Translations under genes and position numbers: made by a program
The notes under the pieces: model-generated
The model's input: only the letters and a program-made list of their open reading frames with translations
Database searches by the model: none
What the model was told of the DNA's origin: nothing
NCBI GenBank assembly: GCA_037447605.1
Contig: CM074822.1
Coordinates: 1-64,000, forward strand
Source of the DNA: Zygnema circumcarinatum SAG 698-1b
Taxonomy: Eukaryota > Plantae > Zygnematophyceae
Length of the DNA stretch: 64,000 bases
Reading direction: 5' to 3'
Part shown: positions 1 to 13,939 of the stretch, piece by piece
How positions within the stretch are numbered: position 1 is the stretch's first letter
Layout: the number at the start of each line of letters is the position of its first letter

Positions 1-1010
1 GTGTTAGTGTATGATAGTTAGACATTGTTATAGCACACTAACTGTTGTAATTACTAGGTTGTAGAACTTATGAGATACGCTAAGTAGTCTTTCTTAGATT
101 TAGTAATGTCGGTGCTCGACTTTGGTGAGTCGCGCCCTTGAAGTCTTGTAGTCTGAGCAATGACGGAGATGGTCGCGGTGGTGACACAAGTAAGTGGAGT
201 CTGAATCGCCTTTGATGGTCGAAGCTGGCGTGTACGGCGTTATGAAATCTGAGGCGATCTTGACTCTGATTAGTCATGGCCAATGACTGTGAAAGCAGTC
301 TGAAGTTGACTGAAGCGACATGGAAGATGTTGGCGGCCGAACCGGAATGCATGCGTGGACCACTTCGCGATGTGGGTCCACATGATTCAGTGTCTGTGCG
401 AGATATGCGGCAGGCGAGCTGCGAAGAGGCTGGCTGGCTGGCCCGAAGCGATGCGGACGGATGCGATCCGACAAGAACACTAGGTCGGCGCGTAGTAAGG
501 TTTCACGAGGCAGCTAACTAGTATTATTTAAGTCGCATGCGGATTCCGGTGCATGGGTTTCCGCAATGGCGGGCCGGGGCGTGACATATTGTGTCACGTC
601 ACCCGGACGCCATATTCTCGAATCGCGTAGTTTTATTATGAAAAAATACCACTACGCTTTCTCGTCATAGTCTGGGTCTTACTCGGAACACCTTTCGTCT
701 TTGCTAGAAATTTTGCCTACACTGTGTCGTGAGGTAGTGAGTAAGAGGGACCTTGAAGTGGTGGGAGAACTTCATTAAGGGAAGACAGTTTTATTATAAG
801 GAGTTTTAGAGCCGTGAGCTTTATCTTGACACTCACTCATTGTGATTTCGGCCCCGTGCTTGTCTTTTTAGCTTCGTGCATTTGTTATGATGAGTGAAGT
901 AAGATAGAGCTTTGAGTGTTTGAATGTCTTCATCCGTGGGAACTCAAGTTCCAATGGAGGGCGACACCCGAGGTGGCGCCGGAAGTGGGGAGCAGACCCC
1001 TGCTTCAACA
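1..1010 (+). mobile_element. Ty1/copia LTR (3' LTR of an upstream element or a solo LTR), same family as 13251-26701; first few bases lie outside the window
   Basis: Starts GTGTTAGTGTATGATAGTTAGACATT and ends GGGGAGCAGACCCCTGCTTCAACA, matching the reverse complement of the LTR at 25682-26701. It is followed directly by satellite with no PBS. The central part is diverged or noisy. Confidence 0.92.
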
Positions 1011-4000
1011 AATTTGGCGTTCTCCCTATTCATATATGGACGTTTTTGTGACACGTGCAATAAGTTGCGTTCCTATACACGTCCACTCCGTTATACATAA
1101 CTTTTTTGTCTTTTACTTTTGTGCATCGAAATTTCTCACCGTCACTCTACAGTGAATCCGCCGTTTGCACAAAAAGTTTGAGTCAATTTGGCGTTCTCCT
1201 TGTTCAGATATGGACGTTTTTGTGACACGTGCAATTGGTTGCCTTCCTATACACGTCCACTCCGTTATATATAACTTTTTTGTCTTTTACTTTTGTGCAC
1301 CGAAATTTCTCACCGTTTGAGTCAATTTGGCGTTCTCCCTATTCAGATATGGACGTTTTTGTGACACGTGCAATTGGTTGCGTTCCTATACACGTCCACT
1401 CCGTTATATATAACTTTTTTGTCTTTTACTTTTTTGCACCGAAATTTCTCAGCGTCACTCTACAGTGAGTCCGCCGTATGCACAAAAAGTTTGAGTCAAT
1501 TAAGCGTTCTCCCTATTCAGATATGGACGTTTTTGTGACACGTGCAATAGGTTGCGTTCCTATACACGTCCACTCCGTTATACATTACTTTTTTGTCTTT
1601 TATTTTTTTGCACCGAAATTTCTCAGCGTCACTCTACAGTGAGTCCGCCGTATGCACAAAAAGTTTGAGTCAATTTAGCGTTCTCCCTATTCAGATATGG
1701 ACGTTTTTGTGACACGTGCAATAGGTTGCGTTCCTATACACGTCCACTCCGTTATATATAAATTTTTTGTCTTTTACTTTTTTGCACCGAAATTTCTCAG
1801 CGTCACTCTACAGTGAGTCCGCCGTATGCACAAAAAGTTTGAGTCAATTAAGCGTTCTCCCTATTCAGATATGGACGTTTTTGTGACACGTGCAATTGGT
1901 TGCGTTCCTATACACGTCCACTCCGTTATTTATAACTTTTTTGTCTTTTTATTTTTGTGCACCGAAATTTCTCACCATCACTCTACAGTGAATCCACCGT
2001 ATGCACAAAAAGTTTGAGTCAATTTGGCGTTCTCCCTATTCAAATATGGACGTTTTTGTGACACGTGCAATAGGTTGCGTTCCTATACACGTCCACTCCG
2101 TTATATATAACTTTTTTTTCTTTTACTTTTGTGCACCGAAATTTCTCACCGTCACTCTACAGTGAATCCGCCGTATGCACAAAAAGTTTGAGTCAATTTG
2201 GCGTTCTCCCTATTCAGATATGGACGTTTTTGTGACACGTGCAATAGGTTGCGTTCCTATACACGTCCACTCCGTTATATATAACTTTTTTGTCTTTTAC
2301 TTTTTTGCACCGAAATTTCTCACCGTCACTCTACAGTGAATCCGCCGTTTGCACAAAAAGTTTGAGTCAATTTGGCGTTCTCCTTGTTCAGATATGGACG
2401 TTTTTGTGACACGTGCAATTGGTTGCCTTCTTATACACGTCACTCCGTTATATATAACTTTTTTGTCTTTTACTTTTGTGCACCTAAATTTCTCACCGTC
2501 ACTCTACAGTGAATCCGCCGTATGCACAAAAAGTTTGAGTCGATTTGGCGTTCTCCTCGTTCAGATATGGACGTTTTTGTTACACGAGCAATTGGTTGCG
2601 TTCCTATACAAGTCCACTCCGTTATATATAACTTTTTTGTCTTTTACTTTTTTGCACCGAAATTTCTCACCGTCACCCTATAGTGAATCCGCCGTATGCA
2701 CAAAAAGTTTGAGTCAATTTAGCGTTCTCCCTATTCAGATATGGACGTTTTTGTGACACGTGCAATAGGTTGCGTTCCTATACACATCCTCTCCGTTATA
2801 TATAACTTTTTTGTCTTTTTCTTTTGTGCATCGAAATTTCTCACCGTCACTCTACACTGAATCCGCCGTATGCACAAAAAGTTTGAGTCAATTTGGCGTT
2901 CTCCCTATTCAGATATGGACGTTTTTGTGACACGTGCAATTGGTTGCGTTCCTATACACGTCCACTCCGTTATATATTACTTTTTTGTCTTTTTCTTTTG
3001 TGCATCGAAATTTCTCACCATCACTCTACAGTGAATCCACCGTATGCACAAAAAGTTTGAGTCAATTTGGCGTTCTCCTTGTTCAGATATGGACGTTTTT
3101 GTGACACGTGCAATTGGTTGCCTTCCTATACACGTCCACTCCGTTATATATAACTTTTTTGTCTTTTATTTTTGTGCCCCGAAATTTCTCACCGTCACTC
3201 TACAGTGAATCCGCCGTTTGCACAAAAAGTTTGTGTCAATTTGGCGTTCTCCTCGTTCAGATATGGACGTTTTTGTTACACGAGCAATTGGTTGCCTTCC
3301 TATACACGTCCACTCCGTTATATATAACTTTTTTGTCTTTTACTTTTGTGCACCGAAATTTCTCACAGTCACTCTACAGTGAATCCGCCGTATGCACAAA
3401 AAGTTTGAGTCAATTTGGCGTTCTCCCTATTCAGATATGGACGTTTTTGTGACACGTGCAATTGGTTGCGTTCCTATACACGTCCTCTCCGTTATATATA
3501 ACTTTTTTGTCTTTTTCTTTTGTGCATCGAAATTTCTCACCGTCACTCTACACTGAATCCGCCGTATGCACAAAAAGTTTGAGTCAATTTGGCGTTCTCC
3601 CTATTCAGATATGGACGTTTTTGTGACACGTGCAATTGGTTGCGTTCCTATACACGTCCACTCCGTTATATATAACTTTTATGTCTTTTTCTTTTGTGCA
3701 CCGAAATTTCTCACCGTCACTCTACAGTGAATCCGCCGTATGCACAAAAAGTTTGAGTCAATTTGGCGTTCTCCCTATTCAGATACGGGCCGTTTTGTGA
3801 CACGTGCAATAGGTTGCATTCCTATACACGTCCACTCCGTTATATATTACTTTTTTGTCTTTTATTTTTGTGCACCGAAATTTTTCACCGTCACTCTACA
3901 GTAAATCCGCCGTATGCACAAAAAGTTTGAGTCAATTTGGCGTTCTCCCTATTCAGATATGGACGTTTTTGTGACACGTGCAATTGGTTGCGTTCCTATA

Positions 4001-7000
4001 CACGTCCACTCCGTTATATATAAATTTTTTGTCTTTTACTTTTGTGCACCGAAATTTCTCACCGTCACTCTACAGTGAATCCGCCGTATGCACAAAAAGT
4101 TTGAGTCAATTTGGCGTTCTCCCTATTCAGATATGGACGTTTTTGTGACACGTGCAATTGGTTGCGTTCCTATACACGTCCACTCCGTTATATATAACTT
4201 TTTTGTCTTTTACTTTTGTGCACCGAAATTTCTCACCGTCACTCTACAGTGAATCCGCCGTATGCACAAAAAGTTTGAGTCAATTTGGCGTTCTCCCTAT
4301 TCAGATATGGACGTTTTTGTGACACGTGCAATAGGTTGCGTTCCTATACACGTCCACTCCGTTATATATAACTTTTTTGTCTTTTACTTTTGTGCACCGA
4401 AATTTCTCACCGTCACTCTACAGTGTAACCGCCGTATGCACAAAAAGTTTGAGTCAATTTGGCGTTCTCCCTATTCAGATATGGACGTTTTTGTGACACG
4501 TGCAATAGGTTGCGTTCCTATACACATCCTCTCCGTTATATATAACTTTTTTGTCTTTTACTTTTGTGCATCGAAATTTCTCACCGTCACTCTACAGTGA
4601 ATCCGCCGTTTGCACAAAAAGTTTGAGTCAATTTGGCGTTCTCCTCGTTCAGATATGGACGTTTTTGTGACACGTGCAATTGGTTGCCTTCTTATACACG
4701 TCCACTCCGTTATATATAACTTTTTTGTCTTTTACTTTTGTGCACCTAAATTTCTCACCGTCACTCTACAGTGAATCCGCCGTTTGCACAAAAAGTTTGT
4801 GTCAATTTGGCGTTCTCCTCGTTCAGATATGGACGTTTTTGTTACACGAGCAATTGGTTGCCTTCCTATACACGTCCACTCCGTTATATATAACTTTTTT
4901 GTCTTTTACTTTTGTGCACCGAAATTTCTCACAGTCACTCTACAGTGAATCCGCCGTATGCACAAGAAGTTTGAGTCAATTTGGCGTTCTCCCCATTCAA
5001 ATATGGACGTTTTAGTGACACGTGCAATTGGTTGCGTTCCTATACACATCCTCTCCGTTATATATAACTTTTTTGTCTTTTTCTTTTGTGCATCGAAATT
5101 TCTCACCGTCACTCTACACTGAATCCGCCGTATGCACAAAAAGTTTGAGTCAATTTGGCGTTCTCCCTATTCAGATATGGACGTTTTTGTGACACGTGCA
5201 ATTGGTTGCGTTCCTATACACGTCCACTCCGTTATATATTACTTTTTTGTCTTTTTCTTTTGTGCATCGAAATTTCTCACCATCACTCTACAGTGAATCC
5301 ACCGTATGCACAAAACGTTTGAGTCAATTTGGCGTTCTCCTTGTTCAGATATGGACGTTTTTGTGACACGTGCAATTGGTTGCCTTCCTATACACGTCCA
5401 CTCCGTTATATATAACTTTTTTGTCTTTTATTTTTGTGCCCCGAAATTTCTCACCGTCACTCTACAGTGAATCCGCCGTTTGCACAAAAAGTTTGTGTCA
5501 ATTTGGCGTTCTCCTCGTTCAGATATGGACGTTTTTGTTACACGAGCAATTGGTTGCCTTCCTATACACGTCCACTCCGTTATATATAACTTTTTTGTCT
5601 TTTACTTTTGTGCACCGAAATTTCTCACAGTCACTCTACAGTGAATCCGCCGTATGCACAAGAAGTTTGAGTCAATTTGGCGTTCTCCCCATTCAAATAT
5701 GGACGTTTTAGTGACACGTGCAATTGGTTGCGTTCCTATACACGTCCACTCCGTTATATATAACTTTTTTGTCTTTTACTTTTGTGCATCGAAATTTCTC
5801 ACCGTCACTCTACAGTGAATCCGCCGTATGCACAAAAAGTTTGAGTCAATTTGGCGTTCTCCCTATTCAGATATGGACGTTTTTGTGACACGTGCAATTG
5901 GTTGCGTTCCTATACACGTCCACTCCGTTATATATAACTTTTTTGTCTTTTACTTTTTTGCACCGAAATTTCTCACCGTCACCCTATAGTGAATCCGCCG
6001 TATGCACAAAAAGTTTGAGTCAATTTGGCGTTCTCCCTATTCAGATATGGACGTTTTTGTGACACGTGCAATAGGTTGCATTCCTATACACGTCCACTCC
6101 GTTATATATTACTTTTTTGTCTTTTATTTTTGTGCACCGAAATTTTTCACCGTCACTCTACAATAAATCCGCCGTATGCACAAAAAGTTTGAGTCAATTT
6201 GGCGTTCTCCCTATTCAGATATGGACGTTTTTGTGACACGTGCAATTGGTTGCGTTCCTATACACGTCCACTCCGTTATATATAAATTTTTTGTCTTTTA
6301 CTTTTGTGCACCGAAATTTCTCACAGTCACTCTACAGTGAATCCGCCGTATGGACAAAAAGTTTGAGTTAATTTGGCGTTCTCCCCATTCAGATATGGAC
6401 GTTTTAGTGACACGAGCAATTGGTTGCGTTCCTATACACGTCCACTTCGTTATATATAACTTTTTTTTCTCTTACTTTTGTGCACCGAAATTTCTCACCG
6501 TTACTCTACAGTGAATCCGCCGTATGCACAAAAAGTTTGAGTCAATTTGGCGTTCTCCCTATTGAGATATGGACGTTTTTGTGACACGTGCAATTGGTTG
6601 CGTTCCTATACACGTCCACTCCGTTATATATAACTTTTTTTTCTTTTACTTTTGTGCACCGAAATTTCTCACCGTCACTCTACAGTGTAACCGCCGTATG
6701 CACAAAAAGTTTGAGTCAATTTGGCGTTCTCCCTATTCAGAAATGGACGTTTTTGTGACACGTGCAATAGGTTGCGTTCCTATACACATCCTCTCCGTTA
6801 TATATAACTTTTTTGTCTTTTACTTTTGTGCATCGAAATTTCTCACCGTCACTCTACAGTGAATCCGCCGTATGCACAAAAAGTTTAAGTCAATTTGGCG
6901 TTCTCCCTATTCAGATATGGACGTTTTTGTGACACGTGCAATTGGTTGCCTTCCTATACACGTCCACTCCGTTATATATAACTTTTTTGTCTTTTACTTT

Positions 7001-10000
7001 TGTGCACCTAAATTTCTCACCGTCACTCTACAGTGAATCCGCCGTTTGCACAAAAAGTTTGTGTCAATTTGGCGTTCTCCTCGTTCAGATATGGACGTTT
7101 TTGTTACACGAGCAATTGGTTGCCTTCCTATACACGTCCACTTCGTTATATATAACTTTTTTTTCTCTTACTTTTGTGCACCGAAATTTCTCACCGTTAC
7201 TCTACAGTGAATCCGCCGTATGCACAAAAAGTTTGAGTCAATTTGGCGTTCTCCCTATTCAGATATGGACGTTTTTGTGACACGTGCAATTGGTTGCGTT
7301 CCTATACACGTCCACTCCGTTATATATAACTTTTTTTTCTTTTACTTTTGTGCACCGAAATTTCTCACAGTCACTCTACAGTGAATCCGCCGTATGCACA
7401 AAAAGTTTGAGTCAATTTGGCGTTCTCCCTATTCAGATACGGACCGTTTTGTGACACGTGCAATAGGTTGCATTCCTATACACGTCCACTCCGTTATATA
7501 TTACTTTTTTGTCTTTTACTTTTGTGCACCGAAATTTCTCACCGTCACTCTACAGTGAATCCGCCGTATGCACAAAAAGTTTGAGTCAATTTGGCGTTCT
7601 CCTTGTTCAGATATGGACGTTTTTGTGACACGTGCAATTGGTTGCCTTCCTATACACGTCCACTCCGTTATATATAACTTTTTTGTCTTTTATTTTTGTG
7701 CCCCGAAATTTCTCACCGTCACTCTACAGTGAATCCGCCGTTTGCACAAAAAGTTTGAGTCAATTTCGCGTTCTCCTTGTTCAGATATGGACGTTTTTGT
7801 GACACGTGCAATTGGTTGCCTTCCTATACACGTCCACTCCGTTATATATAACTTTTTTGTCTTTTACTTTTGTGCACCGAAATTTCTCACCGTTTGAGTC
7901 AATTTGGCGTTCTCCCTATTCAGATATGGACGTTTTTGTGACACGTGCAATAGGTTGCGTTCCTATACACGTCCACTCCGTTATATATAACTTTTTTGTC
8001 TTTTAGTTTTGTGCACCGAAATTTCTCAGCGTTACTCTACAGTGAGTCCGCCGTATGCACAAAAAGTTTGAGTCAATTAAGCGTTCTCCCTATTCAGATA
8101 TGGACGTTTTTGTGACACGTGCAATAGGTTGCGTTCCTATACACGTCCACTCCGTTATATATAACTTTTTTGTCTTTTACTTTTTTGCACCTAAATTTCT
8201 CACCGTCACTCTACACTGAATCCGCCGTATGCACAAAAAGTTTGAGTCAATTAAGCGTTCTCCCTATTCAGATATGGACGTTTTTGTGACACGTGCAATA
8301 GGTTGCGTTCCTATACACGTCCACTCCGTTATATATAACTTTTTTGTCTTTTATTTTTGTGCACCGAAATTTCTCACCGTCACTCTACAGTGAATCCGCC
8401 GTATGCACAAAAAGTTTGAGTCAATTTGGCGTTCTCCTTATTCAGATATGGACGTTTTTGTGACACGTGCAATTGGTTGCGTTCCTATACACGTCCACTC
8501 CGTTATATATAACTTTTTTGTCTTTTATTTTTGTGCACCGAAATTTCTCACCGTCACTCTACAGTAAATCCGCCGTATGCACAAAAAGTTTGAGTCAATT
8601 TGGCGTTCTCCCTATTCAGATATGGACGTTTTTGTGACACGTGCAATTGGTTGCCTTCCTATACACGTCCACTCCGTTACATATAACTTTTTTGTCTTTT
8701 ATTTTTGTGCATCGAAATTTCTCTCCGTCACTCTACAGTGAATCCGCCGTATGCACAAAAAGTTTGAGTCAATTTGGCGTTCTCCCTATTCTGATATGGA
8801 CGTTTTAGTGACACGTGCAATTGGTTGCGTTCCTATACACATCCTCTCCGTTATATATAACTTTTTTGTCGTTTACTTTTGTGCATCGAAATTTCTCACC
8901 GTCACTCTACAGTGAATCCGCCGTATGCACAAAAAGTTTGAGTCAATTTGGCGTTCTCCCTATTCAGATATGGACGTTTTTGTGCCACGTGCAATTGGTT
9001 GCCTTACTATACACGTCCACTCCGTTACATGTAACTTTTTTGTCTTTTATTTTTGTGCATCGAAATTTCTCACCGTCACTCTACAGTGAATCCGCCGTAT
9101 GCACAAAAAGTTTGAGTCAATTTGGCGTTCTCTCTATTCTGATATGGACGTTTTTGTGTCACGTGCAATTGGTTGCGTTCCTATACACGTCCACTTCGTT
9201 ATATATAACTTTTTTGTCTTTTACTTTTGTTCACCGAAATTTCTCACCGTCACTCTACAGTGAATCCGCCGTATGCACAAAAAGTTTGAGTCAATTTGGC
9301 GTTCTCCCTATTCAGATATGGACGTTTTTGTGACACGTGCAATTGGTTGCGTTCCTATACACGTCCACTCCGTTATATAAAACTTTTTTGTCTTTTACTT
9401 TTGTGCACCGAAATTTTTCACCGTCACTCTACAGTGTAACCGCCGTATGCACAAAAAGTTTGAGTCTATTTGGCGTTCTCCCTATTCAGATATGGACGTT
9501 TTTGTGACACGTGCAATAGGTTGCGTTCCTATACACATCCTCTCCGTTATATATAAATTTTTTGTCGTTTACTTTTGTGCATCGAAATTTCTCACCGTCA
9601 CTCTACAGTGAATCCGCCGTTTGCACAAAAAGTTTGAGTCAATTTGGCGTTCTCCTCGTTCAGATATGGACGTTTTTGTGACACGTGCAATTGGTTGCCT
9701 TCCTATACACGTCCACTCCGTTATATATAACTTTTTTGTCTTTTACTTTTGTGCCCCGAAATTTCTCACCGTCACTCTAGAGTGAATCCGCCAAATGCAC
9801 AAAACGTTTGAGTCAATTTGGCGTTCTCCCTATTCAGATATGGACGTTTTTGTGACACGTGCAATTGGTTCCCTTACTATACACGTCCACTCCGTTACAT
9901 ATAACTTTTTTGTCTTTTGTTTTTGTGCATCGAAATTTCTCACCGTCACTCTACAGTGAATCCGCCGTATGCACAAAAAGTTTGAGTCAATTTGGCGTTC

Positions 10001-13000
10001 TCCCTATTCTGATATGGACGTTTTTGGGGCCCCTTCAATTGGTTGCGTTCCTATACACGTCCACTTCGTTATATATAACTTTTTTGTCTTTTACTTTTGT
10101 GCACCGAAATTTCTCACCGTCACTCTACAGTGAATCCGCCGTATGCACAAAAAGTTTGAGTCAATTTGGCGTTCTCCCTACTCAGATATGGACGTTTTTG
10201 TGACACGTGCAATTGGTTGCGTTCCTATACACGTCCACTCCGTTATATATAACTTTTTTGTCTTTTACTTTTGTGCACCGAAATTTTTCACCGTCATTAT
10301 ACAGTGTAACCGCCGTATGCACAAAAAGTTTGAGTCAATTTGGCGTTCTCCCTATTCAGATATGGACGTTTTTGTGACACGTGCAATAGGTTGCGTTCCT
10401 ATACACATCCTCTCCGTTATATATAACTTTTTTGTCTTTTACTTTTGTGCATCGAAATTTCTCACCGTCACTCTACAGTGAATCCGCCGTTTGCACAAAA
10501 AGTTTGAGTCAATTTGGCGTTCTCCCCATTCAGATATGGACGTTTTAGTGACACGTGCAATTGGTTGCGTTCCTATTCACGTCCACTCCGTTATATATAA
10601 CTTTTTTGTCTTTTACTTTTGTGCACCGAAATTTCTCACAGTCACTCTACAGTGAATCCGCCGTATGCACAAGAAGTTTGAGTCAATTTGGCGTTCTCCC
10701 CATTCAAATATGGACGTTTTAGTGACACGTGCAATTGGTTGCGTTCCTATACACGTCCTCTCCGTTATATATAACTTTTTTGTCTTTTACTTTTGTGCAC
10801 CGAAATTTCTCACAGTCACTCTACAGTGAATCCGCCGTTTGCACAAAAAGTTTGAGTCAATTTGGCGTTCTCCTCGTTCAGATATGGACGTTTTTGTGAC
10901 ACGTGCAATAGGTTGCTTTCCTATACACGTCCACTCCGTTATACATAAGTTTTTTGTCTTTTACTTTTGTGCACCGAAATTTCTCACAGTCACTCTACAG
11001 TGAATCCGCCGTATGCACAAGAAGTTTGAGTCAATTTGCCGTTCTCCCCATTCAAATATAGACGTTTAGTAACCGCGTCACCGGTGGTTGCGCGTTCACA
11101 TACACGTCACTCCGTTACTCTCTATTAACTTTTTTGTCTTTTCTTTTTGTGCGCGAAATTTCTCACCGTCACTCTGATGAATCCAGCATGCACAAAAGGA
11201 TTTGAGTCAATTACCCAATTGTTCTCCTGACCAGAGATCTACGGACCGTTTGTAACCGCGTGCAATAGGTTGCACTCCTACACACGTCCACTCCGATATA
11301 CATATCTTTTTTGTCTTTTATTTTTGTGCACCGAAATTTTTCACCGTCACTCTACAGTTAATCCGCCGTATGCACAAAAAGTTTGAGTCAATTTGGCGTT
11401 CTCCCTATTCAGATATGAACGTTTTTGTGACACGTGCAATAGGTTGCGTTCATATACACGTCCACTCCGTTATACATAACTTTTTTGTCTTTTATTTTTG
11501 TGCATCGAAATTTCTCACCGTCACTCTACAGTGAATCCGCCGTATGCACAAAACGTTTGAGTCAATTTGGCGTTCTCCTTGTTCAGATATGGACGTTTTT
11601 GTGACACGTGCAATTGGTTGCCTTCCTATACACGTCCACTCCGTTATATATAACTTTTTTGTCTTTTACTTTTGTGCACTTAAATTTCTCACCGTCACTC
11701 TACAGTAAATCCGCCGTATGCACAAAAAGTTTAAGTCAATTTGGCGTTCTCCCTATTCAGATATGGACGTTTTTGTGACACGTGCAATAGGTTGCTTTCC
11801 TATACACATCCACTCCGTTATATATAACTTTTTGTCTTTTACTTTTGTGCACCAGAATTTCTCACCGTTTGGCAGGTCAATTTTGGCGTTCTCCTATTCA
11901 GATATGGACGTTTTTGTGACCGCGTTGCAATAGGTTGGATTCATATACACGTCCCTCCGTTCTCCACATAACTTTTTGTCTTTTACTTTTGTGCATCGAA
12001 ATTTCTCACCGTCACTCTACAGTGAATCCGCCGTATGCACAAAACGTTTGAGTCAATTTGGCGTTCTCCTTGTTCAGATATGGACGTTTTTGTGACACGT
12101 GCAATTGGTTGCCTTCCTATACACGTCCACTCCGTTATATATAACTTTTTTGTCTTTTATTTTTGTGCCCCGAAATTTCTCACCGTCACTCTACAGTGAA
12201 TCCGCCGTTTGCACAAAAAGTTTGAGTCAATTTGGCGTTCTCCTTGTTCAGATATGGACGTTTTTGTGACACGTGCAATTGGTTGCCTTCCTATACACGT
12301 CCACTCCGTTATATATAACTTTTTTGTCTTTTACTTTTGTGCACCGAAATTACTCACCGTCACTCTACAGTGAATCCGCCGTATGCACAAAAGGTTTGAG
12401 TCAATTTGGCGTTCTCCCTACTCAGATATGGACGTTTTTGTGACACGTGCAATAGGTTGCGTTCCTATACACGTCCTCACCGTTATATATAACTTTTTTG
12501 TCTTTTATTTTTTTGCACCGAAATTTCTCAGCGTCACGCTACAATGTGTCCGCCGTATGCACAAAAAGTTTGAGTCAATTTAGCGTTCTCCGTATTCAGA
12601 TATGGACGTTTTTGTGACACGTGCAATCGGTTGCGTTCCTATACACGTCCACTCCGTTAAATATAACTTTTTTGTCTTTTACTTTTTTGCACCGAAATTT
12701 CTTAGCGTCACGCGATTGTGTGTCTGCCGTATCCAAAAAACGTTTGAGTCAATTTCGCGTTCTCCTTATTCAGTTATGGACCATTTTGTGACTCGTGTAA
12801 CAGATTTGCGTTCCTATACACGTCCACTCCGTTATATCTATCTTTTTTGTCTTTTTTTTTTTTGCACCGAAATTTTTGAGCGTCACGCGATAGTGTCTCT
12901 GCAGTATCAAAAAAAAGTTTGAGACAATTTGGCGTTCTGCTTATTCAGTTATGGACCGTTTTGTGACTCGTGTAACAGGTTTGCGTTCCTATACTCGTCC

Positions 13001-13250
13001 ACTCCGTTATATATAACTTTTTTGTCCTTTTTTTTTTTGCACTGAAATTTTTTCATGTTTCGCAAAGGTGTGTCTGCTGTATCCTAAAAAAGTTTGAGTC
13101 AATTTGACGTTTTATCTATTCAGTTATAGACCGTTTTGTGACACGTGCAACAGGTTTGCGTTCCTATACACGTTCACTCCGTTATATATAACTGTTTTGT
13201 CTTTTTCTTTTTTGCACTAAAATTTCTTAGCGTCATGCGACAGTGTCTTT
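1011..13250. repeat. 174-bp tandem satellite array (~70 monomers), candidate centromeric/heterochromatic satellite
   Basis: The unit ...TTTGAGTCAATTTGGCGTTCTCCCTATTCAGATATGGACGTTTTTGTGACACGTGCAATTGGTTGCG... recurs at 174-bp spacing; equivalent ORF starts at 3108, 4674, 5370, 6936 and 7806 are separated by multiples of 174. A few monomers are 139 bp. Confidence 0.98.
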
Positions 13251-13923
13251 TGTTGAAGCAGGGGTCTGCTCCCCACTTCCGGCGCCACCTCGGGTGTCGC
13301 CCTCCATTGGAACTTGAGTTCCCACGGATGAAGACATTTAAACACTCAAAGCTCTATCTTACTTCACTCATCGCCCATAACAACAGAATGAAGCTACAAG
13401 ACAAGCACAGCGGAAATCACAATGAGAGAGTGTTAGGAGAAAGCTCACGGCTCTAAAACTCCTTATAATAAAACTGTCTTCCCACAATGAAGTTCTCCCA
13501 CCACTTCAAGGTCCCTCTTACTCACTACCTCACGACACAAGTGTAGGCAGCCTAGCAGCACGAGCAGGTTCTGAGTAAGACCCGAGACTATGACAGAGTA
13601 GTGTAGGTGGGTTTTTTCCCATAATAAAACTACGCACTATATAATATGGCGTCCGTGACGTGACACGCATTTCACGTCNNNNNNNNNNCCTCGACCAATC
13701 AAAGTTGCGCGTTCGTACTCCACTTACTTGTGTCAGCGCCGCAACCAATCAGCGCCGCTCGTTCGTACTCCGCGCACTCGCGACGCACTCACCAAAGTTA
13801 GAGCACCGACATTACTAAATCTAAGAGCACTACGCCTAGCAGATCTCATGTTCTACAAACTGAGTACCACAACAAGTTAGTGTGTGCCATATAATGTCTA
13901 ACTATCATACACTCACACTAACA
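13251..13923 (-). repeat. 3' LTR of outer copia (shortened by N gap at 13679-13688)
   Basis: Near-identical to 25682-26701 on both sides of the gap and preceded on the minus strand by the PPT. Confidence 0.93.
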
Positions 13924-13934
13924 ATCCCCCTCTT
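13924..13934 (-). other. Polypurine tract (PPT) of outer copia
   Basis: Minus-strand AAGAGGGGGAT lies immediately before the TGTT start of the 3' LTR, just after the pol stop at 13940. Confidence 0.85.
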
Positions 13935-13939
13935 GGGAC

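Noticed and set aside
1-730. LTR at the window start as a distinct, older subfamily
   Set aside because: Its divergence is patchy and indel-rich like the noisy segments, so it cannot be separated from sequencing error without reads.
11040-11320. Apparently highly diverged satellite monomers (also ~11860-11970)
   Set aside because: Scattered single-base indels between clean neighbours look like unpolished long-read error rather than a biological subtype.
1011-13250. CRISPR array, or a tandem family of small membrane proteins (many 60-170 aa ORFs)
   Set aside because: Whole 174-bp units repeat with no unique spacers and the context is eukaryotic; the ORFs are chance read-throughs of the satellite broken by recurring stops.
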